From: a virus
Strand: one strand, 5' to 3'
DNA length: 64,000 bases
IMG/VR virus record: IMGVR_UViG_3300047510_001751
Location: 126,249-190,248 of that record
Shown: one piece after another, positions 57,801 to 64,000 of the stretch
Layout of the letters: every line of letters starts with the position of its first letter
How positions within the stretch are numbered: position 1 is the first letter of the stretch
Program-made: the position numbers and the translations under genes
Notes under the pieces: model-generated
Told to the model about the DNA's origin: nothing
Seen by the model: the letters and a program-made list of their open reading frames with translations, nothing else
Databases searched by the model: none

Positions 57801-60286
57801 CCAGATTCATCTACTTTATTTGCTGGGATTGTGCCTCCAGCACCCCAACCGCCACCGCCACCACCGCCGCCGCCACCAACGGTAGCGTTATCTTGACCAT
57901 CAGAACCAGCAAAGTTTAATCCACTTAAATTAGTTCTTAATGTTGCCTGACCAGTGTAATTTCCATTTTGTGTTGATGTAGGAACTGTAGTGTCATTACC
58001 AGCACCAGCGCCACCGCCGCCACCGCCAGCGAGAACTAGCAAAGTTCCATCTCCTAAAGTAATGGCAGAAGCGCCGCCACCGCCGCCGCCACCTCCAGAT
58101 CTATCCGAAGGTCCAGCATTCCCGCCATCTCCACCGATAGCATATCCCCAACCACCGTCTCCTCCAGCAGCACCATTTAAAAAGCTAACACCAAATCGAC
58201 CAGCATCTCCTGGGAATAATTTCAATTTTCTCAAATTTTCATCATTCAAAACTTCTTGAGGAAGATTAATGACTCCTTTCAAAATGGTACTAAATCCACC
58301 TTGGCCACCAAAACTGCTCGGAGCATCATCACCACCATTTCCTCCACCCCCGCCGTATAATACAAAAGTCAATTGTTCTACATAAGATGGAAGATTATAC
58401 TCAATAAATTCTGTAGCACCAGAACCAGTAGTGGTAAAATAGATATTTTCTTCAATTTTTGTTAAAATTTTCCAAGTATCTGTATAAGTTCCTATTCTAT
58501 AAACAGCATTAACTAAACCTGCTTGAGCAGCAGATGCTGTAGCTCTTACATAAACTACTTCAGCAGTTGCTGGGACTGTTACCGATTTAGCAAATGTTAT
58601 ATTATCGACACTAACTTGTACGTTTGCCCCTGCTGTTGATTGAGCGTCTACAGCTTGTGCTGTTGTTGAAACATCAAGACCTTCAATAGGAACAGCAACA
58701 ACATAAGTTTGTCCAGGTAAAGCGGTGTAATTATCTCTTGCTCTAAATGGATATGGAGTGCTCCTAGAAAGTCTAGTTTTAATTGTAATTGTATCTGTTT
58801 TGTCAGCAAAAGTTGGTGTAGTTGGACCAGCAGTTGGATTTCCATTTGGACCACCAGAAGGAGGACCAGCTAATCTAATAGAACTTGTTTTTGTAGTATT
58901 AAAATTAGGAGAAGATGTGATTCGTAAATTTACTTGATCTCCGTTTTGAACATATAATTGCTGTACCCAATTTCCTGTATTATTTTTTCTAATCTCAGCA
59001 TCTCCACTAGTTACACTACAAAGAACTTGTACTGTTTGATTTGATGTATTAGTGGTTAAAATGGGTAAAATACCAGAAATATAAGAAGGGTTAATTGGTG
59101 CCGCTGCTTCTGAGTAAGTACCACTTCCATATTCTGTTCCTAATCCAGATATACTAAAATTGGCATAATAAACTCTAGATGGATCAGCATTATTGAATGT
59201 GTTTGTAGAACTAACAGTTACATTATCTGGTATTCCTGTTAATAGCTGAATATTGTCGTCAGATGGAGTAAAAATAGGAGATAAAGAAACAGTGTTTGGA
59301 TATCTATCCACTTCTGTCCAAACATACCAACTGTCTGTCCTAGTGCCAATAGATTGAACAACCTGGAAAGTTCCAGATCCATAAGTTCCAGCATCATTAT
59401 TTTCAAATCCACCAGCAAGAGTATCTTGGTCGTTTGAAAAAATAGTTACCGATCCCGAAGTTTTAGTTGTATATGTAGAACCAATAGCAATTCTTGTATA
59501 TAATGTGTTGTTTAAAACAAGCCCAGTGACAGATTGAGACCAAGTTGAATTATCTTTGGAAATTTGTACATTGCCTGTAGATGTAGCTCTCAAAACAGCA
59601 TCGGTATCGATACCAGTGATAGGTATATTTTGTGTTTTGTATCCGCTAAATTCGGTAGCAATAACATCGACAAAATCAGTAAACTGCCAAGAATTTACAA
59701 GTTGATCCTGTGCTCTAGTATTGATTGTCCATGTATCTGAAACAACAGAACTTGGACGACCTACATTAGTTCCCCAAGTTTCATCTGATAAAGTAAGAGT
59801 TACATTAGTTCTGGTAGTATACCAATTTTCTGTGGTAAGTCTAAGTCTAATTTTATCTCCTTGTCTTACTGTTCCACTAGTAATCCAAGGACCTATAGAA
59901 CCACCACGATCTATTCTAAAAGCAGCGGCGGAATTTGTTCCTGTGGTAGAACCTTTCGGTCCCGTAGTAGAAACAGAAATAGAGGCAGGAATCTCAATTT
60001 CAATACCATTAACTAATATTTCATTAGAATAGTATGTCGTTGATTTTTCAAATGTGGTCGTTAATGTTCCGCCAGTAGAGGTTAAAAATCCTTGTTGATC
60101 ATTAAAAGAAAAAGTATCTGGACGAGAATCTGGAATTCTAGTTCCAAAGATAATGCCATCGGGATCATTGCCAGTACCAATCCTGACATTAACTGTTACT
60201 TTTGTATTCCATGTTGATGGAGTTGGGTATCTTACTTCTACCTGATCTCCTAGTCCAACAAATACTGGCGTACTACTAAATGGCAT
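54812..60286 (-). CDS. Tail fibre protein, 1824 aa: tandem ~100-aa beta-rich repeats, Gly-rich domain, tail collar domain
   Basis: Repeats D-x-TP-x-x-F-x-F...I-x-GI...NG-x-x-V-x-VR...V-x-IG; GGGGG tracts; collar GMPVGSIMP...WIYCDG...YPLLYDVIGNTFG...FRVPDMR. Confidence 0.8.
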   Translation of the reverse strand: MPFSSTPVFVGLGDQVEVRYPTPSTWNTKVTVNVRIGTGNDPDGIIFGTRIPDSRPDTFSFNDQQGFLTSTGGTLTTTFEKSTTYYSNEILVNGIEIEIPASISVSTTGPKGSTTGTNSAAAFRIDRGGSIGPWITSGTVRQGDKIRLRLTTENWYTTRTNVTLTLSDETWGTNVGRPSSVVSDTWTINTRAQDQLVNSWQFTDFVDVIATEFSGYKTQNIPITGIDTDAVLRATSTGNVQISKDNSTWSQSVTGLVLNNTLYTRIAIGSTYTTKTSGSVTIFSNDQDTLAGGFENNDAGTYGSGTFQVVQSIGTRTDSWYVWTEVDRYPNTVSLSPIFTPSDDNIQLLTGIPDNVTVSSTNTFNNADPSRVYYANFSISGLGTEYGSGTYSEAAAPINPSYISGILPILTTNTSNQTVQVLCSVTSGDAEIRKNNTGNWVQQLYVQNGDQVNLRITSSPNFNTTKTSSIRLAGPPSGGPNGNPTAGPTTPTFADKTDTITIKTRLSRSTPYPFRARDNYTALPGQTYVVAVPIEGLDVSTTAQAVDAQSTAGANVQVSVDNITFAKSVTVPATAEVVYVRATASAAQAGLVNAVYRIGTYTDTWKILTKIEENIYFTTTGSGATEFIEYNLPSYVEQLTFVLYGGGGGNGGDDAPSSFGGQGGFSTILKGVINLPQEVLNDENLRKLKLFPGDAGRFGVSFLNGAAGGDGGWGYAIGGDGGNAGPSDRSGGGGGGGGASAITLGDGTLLVLAGGGGGGAGAGNDTTVPTSTQNGNYTGQATLRTNLSGLNFAGSDGQDNATVGGGGGGGGGGWGAGGTIPANKVDESGNVIQTTDLDALGGTTGGAYYNSAYTIITETTNLSFGAGPQEFGYVMLNYAPQDITPEPFFFPEVDNALPATQYTSEKVQIFGITGGVVSTLSGNNAQVRTCNPDDPNTCGAWGQSATIFNEGYVQVRFTTGNDFFTTYRANVTIGNVTSFFNVNTGEPPDNTPAPFIIPDKIDQLINTLVESDIVTISGINTAVSITASNSAQIAICTGGVCDTYQNSPRQISNGQGFRVRLLSSPDYLTSLFTDVIVGTGSAVEWEVRTEKQKDTTPIGFIFTDLSNQELNTLVSSNTRTIQGIDTPITATVTGGASVIINADTANPIAPVGNTTTFTVNNLDSIQLQYTTSSLTGEAKQFVVTVGTYSTTWTVTNKGQLGTSPVPFLFTPILATGPGVFTDSEVITISGLGQSVSIFSTGGGLISINGGSFQLLTATNPGTVANGNTVQVRLKSSEIDAFTLSTNVYVGSYNTSFAVTTPGPAPEPIFGQYYSSPFVIKVLGSDQIKFNTKFDGMPVGSIMPVFRDNTQEDGWGISDDKLNGKANSRFPSWIYCDGRFVSPNDYPLLYDVIGNTFGANLSGEFRVPDMRNRKLLGVGNVDNQSPASPIVTPEYGPAKQKGNGSAFVPGSFGGMWYIDTIADPGVDELEQVETPATGQPAQDSQFFAIAQITTTGYSEVSDTVEFLTSGQVSGNVSLKETKLFSAPFHTHDLVAGQADAGSFKGRVSWGSQGGAPGAVNIGQKSGTDAFPPLEGSASLNLWGYHTGSSYQLIGDPSNSDDSANTIRTTNPIATYGTVWGREIGEYGNCAESTYRGNFLNPNTDPGPSSSTVECLFNFVFTVSCGSPKEAEIWNSITIQQPNSAQFSEIYNYVDQNALPADTTSGNNLRWIGSVTIPRRFVSVSKFSPVEKLSHSHYLSLSAITNINGVFSYGNSSGGGTSFGGAPSDSSVAVTFTAGQVGLEVFPGTFTLGFGKQLIPTPAFAPNDLVPLVTPYTKVRWMIKAY

Positions 60287-60314
60287 TTATTTTATGACAA
60301 TTTCCGCTATTTCT

Positions 60315-60322
60315 TATTTATA
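60315..60322 (-). promoter_or_regulatory. Late promoter TATAAATA for the fibre gene
   Basis: Exact consensus 29 nt upstream of the ATG. Confidence 0.8.
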
Positions 60323-60323
60323 T

Positions 60324-60500
60324 TCACTCTAGTGGTCTTACGTCTTGCCAAGGACCACCATTAATTCTAACTTGTATTGGCTGGGTAGCTTTTATTTCTG
60401 CTTTTTCATCTTCCTCGATATGATCAACCGAAACAATTTGTGATTGATAATATTTTTGTTTTGGCGACATATCAGGAGCGTCTAAAAATTTTCTTTTCAT
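60324..60500 (-). CDS. 58-aa mini-protein homologous to the C-terminal module of the upstream paralogs (not in track)
   Basis: MKRKFLDAPDMSPKQKYYQSQIVSVDHIEEDEKAEIKATQPIQVRINGGPWQDVRPLE; own TATAAATA at 60519-26. Confidence 0.7.
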   Translation of the reverse strand: MKRKFLDAPDMSPKQKYYQSQIVSVDHIEEDEKAEIKATQPIQVRINGGPWQDVRPLE

Positions 60501-60521
60501 AACATCAATTTATTTTTGTAT

Positions 60522-61727
60522 TTATATACTCCTAACATCTCTCCAGCTTCCGAAACTAGATGCTCCAGCAGATTTTATTCTTACCTGACAATTACTATTA
60601 TTAGTTTTAATTTCAACAGGAATTTCAATATCATCTACACTTAAAGTATTTGTAGAGATATATTGTTCAGCTGGATTATCTGGAGGAGTTGTAATTGTAT
60701 CAATATCTGGAAATGGAACCCTATCATCTTCATTAGAATAATTGAATGTTTCATTTACATCTGGTGCTCTAGTGGTTAAACTAAAGGATCGTGTTAATGG
60801 TCCTACTGTAGCAGAAAATGTAGATGTGTTAGTCAATCCAGATGGATCTGTGTTAAATGGTGGTGATGTTGCTCTAACCCAAAATTGATTTCCATTAACG
60901 ATAGAAATAGACCCAGAAGACCAACTAGATCCATTTGTAGAAACTTGAACTCCCGCCCCACCAAATGCGGTAATTGGTTGATCAATGCCACTAATTGTTG
61001 TAACAAATATACTCGTTGAAGCATTTGGTTCTAAACCTGTTCTACTTCCAATAGAAAAATCATTTGGAGTTCCGTCATTAAAAACAGAAACAGTAACTGA
61101 TTCTGATACACAATTAGAACCATTACATGCTTGAATAGTATACGTTCTTGTGGCAGGAGAATTAGATCCAGCAGTAGATTGTAATCCTGTATTTTCTGTT
61201 CTTGTGCCGCCTGCTGCCACAGGAGAACCATTAATAGTAACACTAGTAGCACCAGACGAAGACCATGTTAAATTAAATACATTAGTCCCCGTCATTGTTT
61301 GTGGGGAAGCAGAAATATTACCAGATACTGTAATAGTAGTAGTAGTGGTAATATTAGTAATTTTATCTAAGCTAAATGTGGCGTTTGTATCATCGCCATC
61401 ATCATCAATCATGGTGATTGATTTATTATTAACCGCCTTAAAATCATTAAGAAGACCGCTAAAACTAATATCGTAATTTCCTGGCGTAAATACTCTATCT
61501 CTTGTTTGACTACCATTGTCTCCAGGACTATTGAAAGACATGCCATTCAAACCAATGCTACCAATAGCATCTCCAGCTACCCCAGGGTTATCACTCCAAT
61601 CTAATGTAAATTGTATATTGGCGCTGCCAGTTCCAGTTACTTGTACTCTAGCGTTTTTAGATCCTTGTTTGTCAAAATTAGCATTAATATTTGAAGGTGT
61701 ATTAATAGTGAAAGTTTGTGTTGCCAT
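60522..61727 (-). CDS. Fibre-associated paralog C (variable N-terminal domain + conserved repeat + C-terminal module)
   Basis: Shared GLQS-x-x-GSNSPAT-x-TY, ND-x-TP and PDV-x-ETFN...FGSWRDVRSI blocks. Confidence 0.75.
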   Translation of the reverse strand: MATQTFTINTPSNINANFDKQGSKNARVQVTGTGSANIQFTLDWSDNPGVAGDAIGSIGLNGMSFNSPGDNGSQTRDRVFTPGNYDISFSGLLNDFKAVNNKSITMIDDDGDDTNATFSLDKITNITTTTTITVSGNISASPQTMTGTNVFNLTWSSSGATSVTINGSPVAAGGTRTENTGLQSTAGSNSPATRTYTIQACNGSNCVSESVTVSVFNDGTPNDFSIGSRTGLEPNASTSIFVTTISGIDQPITAFGGAGVQVSTNGSSWSSGSISIVNGNQFWVRATSPPFNTDPSGLTNTSTFSATVGPLTRSFSLTTRAPDVNETFNYSNEDDRVPFPDIDTITTPPDNPAEQYISTNTLSVDDIEIPVEIKTNNSNCQVRIKSAGASSFGSWRDVRSI

Positions 61728-61730
61728 TGA

Positions 61731-63035
61731 TTATATGCTCCTTACATCTCTCCAAGCACCAAATGTGGTAGATCCAGAATCTTTAATTCTAACTTGAACA
61801 TTTGGATTGCTAGTTTTAACCTCTACATCAATTTCTACATCATCAACAGTTACAGGATCTGATATTATATATTGATCAGGTGATCCAGGAAGTGTGTCAA
61901 TATCAGGAAAAGGTAATTTATCATCTTTATTAGAAAGATTAAAAGTTTCGCTCACATCAGGTGCTCTAGTAGTCACAGTAAATGATCTTCTAGTTGGTCC
62001 TACATCAACATAATATGAAGTAGAATTAGTCAATCCAGACGGATCTTGATTAAATGATAAAGAAAATACTCTTATGTAAAACTGCTGATTATTTGTTATA
62101 GTAATTGTATTAGAGTATGAACTTCCATTATTTGATACTTGAACTCCTGGTCCTCCTGTAACAGTTGTAATCATATCAATACCTTGTATATTAGGGGAGA
62201 GAATTACAACTGCTGAATTTGGTTCAACATTGTTCTGATTGGGTATTGTAAAATTATTAGGAGTATTATCATTATAAACAGAAACTGTAGTTTGGGAAGT
62301 AGTTGTTCCAGCACTATTTGTTGCTGTTAATGTATAAGTTTTAGTAGCTGGAGAATTAGAACCTTCTACCGATTGAAGACCCGTGCTAATTGTGCCAGTA
62401 GATCCAGAAATTGCTGAAAGGTCCCCAACTCCTTGATTAATATTTAAAGTCTCTGCTCCAAATGTAGACCAAGATAATTGTGTTGTATTGGAGGGTATTC
62501 CCAAACTTCCACTAGTTTGTGGATTTGGGCTGGCAGAAAAACTAAAAATTTCTGGGGGATCAAGTAAAGTAAAAGTTAAATTACACTGATAGAAACAACC
62601 TACGTGAAATAAATTATCTCTAGTGGTAAATGTTAATTGAAAAGAATTATTGCTATTTTTTGCTAAAAAATATGGTCCAGGAACTAAAATAGTTTGTGTT
62701 ACTGGTCTACCTATAGCACATCCCTGCCCCCCTCCTGGAGAAGTCGCCGTGATAATATTAGTTCCATTAAATCTCAATGTCATATTTTCAAAACCAGGAT
62801 CTTGACTTTCACCAAGACCTGTTAAAGAAACACTCATATTAAATCTTGCTTGAGCAGTTAAAGTTGCTAAAGCAGTTCCAGACTGAACATTACCATTAGG
62901 TCCACCGCAATCAGACGAGTTTTGTACATCAAACCTTATAGTGCTGCCATTATTAGAGACATTCCATCCAAATGGCGCACCAACACCAGCTTGTGATAAA
63001 TTCCAACCAACGGTTACTACAGGAGGTAATGGCAT
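61731..63035 (-). CDS. Fibre-associated paralog B
   Basis: Same C-terminal architecture (...FGAWRDVRSI), different N-terminal domain. Confidence 0.75.
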   Translation of the reverse strand: MPLPPVVTVGWNLSQAGVGAPFGWNVSNNGSTIRFDVQNSSDCGGPNGNVQSGTALATLTAQARFNMSVSLTGLGESQDPGFENMTLRFNGTNIITATSPGGGQGCAIGRPVTQTILVPGPYFLAKNSNNSFQLTFTTRDNLFHVGCFYQCNLTFTLLDPPEIFSFSASPNPQTSGSLGIPSNTTQLSWSTFGAETLNINQGVGDLSAISGSTGTISTGLQSVEGSNSPATKTYTLTATNSAGTTTSQTTVSVYNDNTPNNFTIPNQNNVEPNSAVVILSPNIQGIDMITTVTGGPGVQVSNNGSSYSNTITITNNQQFYIRVFSLSFNQDPSGLTNSTSYYVDVGPTRRSFTVTTRAPDVSETFNLSNKDDKLPFPDIDTLPGSPDQYIISDPVTVDDVEIDVEVKTSNPNVQVRIKDSGSTTFGAWRDVRSI

Positions 63036-64000
63036 TTATATACTCCTAACATCTTGCCAGGATCCAAAAGTAGTAGATCCTGCTTGTTTTATTCTAACTT
63101 GAGCATTAGAGTTATTGGTTTTTACTTCAACATCAATTTCGACATCATCTACAGTCAAAGGAGCTGTAGTAATGTATTGATTAGGTGATCCTGGTATGGT
63201 ATCTATATCAGGAAAAGGTACGCTATCGTCATAATTTGAAATATTAAATGTTTCATTTACATCTGGTGCTCTAGTAGTTAAAGTAAAAAATCTCCTTACT
63301 GTACCAATATCAACATAAAATTGAGAAGAATTAGTTAAACCAGATGGATCTTGATTAAATGCTGGCGAAACTGCTCTGACCCAAACATTACCATTAGGAG
63401 ATATCAAAGTAGTGCTAGACCAACTTGAATTATTATTAGATACTTGTACTCCAGGACCACCATTCACAGAAGTAACCATATCTATCCCTTGAATGGTGCC
63501 AACAGAAATGGCAGTTAGTGTATTTGGTTCTAAATTAGTTTGATTGGGAACAGTGTAGCTTGTTGGTGTATTATCATTAGAAACTTGTACTGTTACAGAT
63601 CTAGTTACACAAGTAGATCCAGCACAAGCCGTTAAAGTATACGTTCTAGTTGCTGGTGAGTTAGATCCTACCGTTGATTGTAATCCCGTATTAACAGTAG
63701 TCGATCCATTGCTACTAACAGTTCCAATTCCTTGGTTAATAGTAACTGAAGTAGCGTCAACTGTAGACCAACTAAGTGTTACATTTGTATCTGGAATTCC
63801 GTCATTGCCACTATTTTGTGGATTTGGTGAATATGAAAAATTAGTAATTTCTGGTGTTACTAATTGGTAATCAATTTGAATAAATGGAGTTCCAGAATTT
63901 AAGGAATCTCCACTAATATATTGTAAAACAGACGAGTTATATCCACTAGAGCCTCCGCCGCCTCCGCCGCCACCTCTATTTTGATCAATACCATCAATAC
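63036..64000 (-). CDS. Fibre-associated paralog A (5' end outside the window; track start at 63479 is internal)
   Basis: Frame reads open from the window edge (IDGIDQNRGGGGGGGSSGY...) to ...FGSWQDVRSI. Confidence 0.75.
   Translation of the reverse strand, partial: IDGIDQNRGGGGGGGGSSGYNSSVLQYISGDSLNSGTPFIQIDYQLVTPEITNFSYSPNPQNSGNDGIPDTNVTLSWSTVDATSVTINQGIGTVSSNGSTTVNTGLQSTVGSNSPATRTYTLTACAGSTCVTRSVTVQVSNDNTPTSYTVPNQTNLEPNTLTAISVGTIQGIDMVTSVNGGPGVQVSNNNSSWSSTTLISPNGNVWVRAVSPAFNQDPSGLTNSSQFYVDIGTVRRFFTLTTRAPDVNETFNISNYDDSVPFPDIDTIPGSPNQYITTAPLTVDDVEIDVEVKTNNSNAQVRIKQAGSTTFGSWQDVRSI

Noticed and set aside
57800-58360. GC-rich GGC/CCG runs as a repeat element
   Set aside because: They simply encode the poly-Gly tracts of the fibre's glycine-rich domain.
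63036-63479. Track's 147-aa ORF as a complete gene
   Set aside because: The frame reads open to the window edge and encodes the same upstream blocks as paralogs B and C, so 63479 is an internal Met.
60324-64000. Shufflon/invertible tail-fibre cassette or diversity-generating retroelement
   Set aside because: All paralogs share one orientation, B, C and the mini-gene have their own starts, and I saw no inverted recombination sites, invertase, reverse transcriptase or adenine-specific TR/VR pair in the window.
1-64000. tRNA, rRNA, or photosynthesis AMGs (psbA, hli, etc.)
   Set aside because: I recognised no cloverleaf with T-loop GTTCRA and D-loop signatures and no such proteins. A tRNAscan-SE/Infernal run would be needed to exclude atypical RNAs.

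Overview
64 kb of a T4-like cyanobacterial myovirus genome, probably a Synechococcus/Cyanobium-type cyanomyovirus. Essentially all genes lie on the minus strand. 1-21.4 kb is an AT-rich late structural block: a VrlC/DUF4815-like protein running off the left edge, baseplate gp8, gp7, gp6, gp25, a PAAR protein and small genes, with T4-type late promoters (TATAAATA). 21.7-53.4 kb is an early/accessory region of about 90 mostly small ORFs, partly very GC-rich. It includes a GP88-like protein, two KTSC-like proteins, a 2OG-Fe(II) oxygenase, a DenV-like glycosylase, a thioredoxin-like protein, a tryptophan-halogenase-like protein, an RNA ligase + kinase + phosphatase RNA-repair cluster and an SF2 helicase + HNH + adenine MTase operon. 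53.4-64 kb holds a tail-fibre chaperone-like gene, a 1824-aa collar-domain fibre and a tandem family of paralogous fibre-like proteins. Most notable observations: (1) three paralogous proteins and an unannotated 58-aa mini-protein all end in the first half of the fibre repeat domain, while the 1824-aa fibre begins with the missing second half, suggesting split-domain plug-in tips; (2) five cyanobacterial-type DnaA boxes around an AT-rich core form an oriC-like element; (3) 16 copies of a 24-bp palindromic operator sit at a nearly fixed distance from early -10 boxes, some with the -35 inside a terminator-like hairpin; (4) a translationally coupled helicase-HNH-MTase operon. All protein assignments rest on motifs recognised by eye; no database searches were run.
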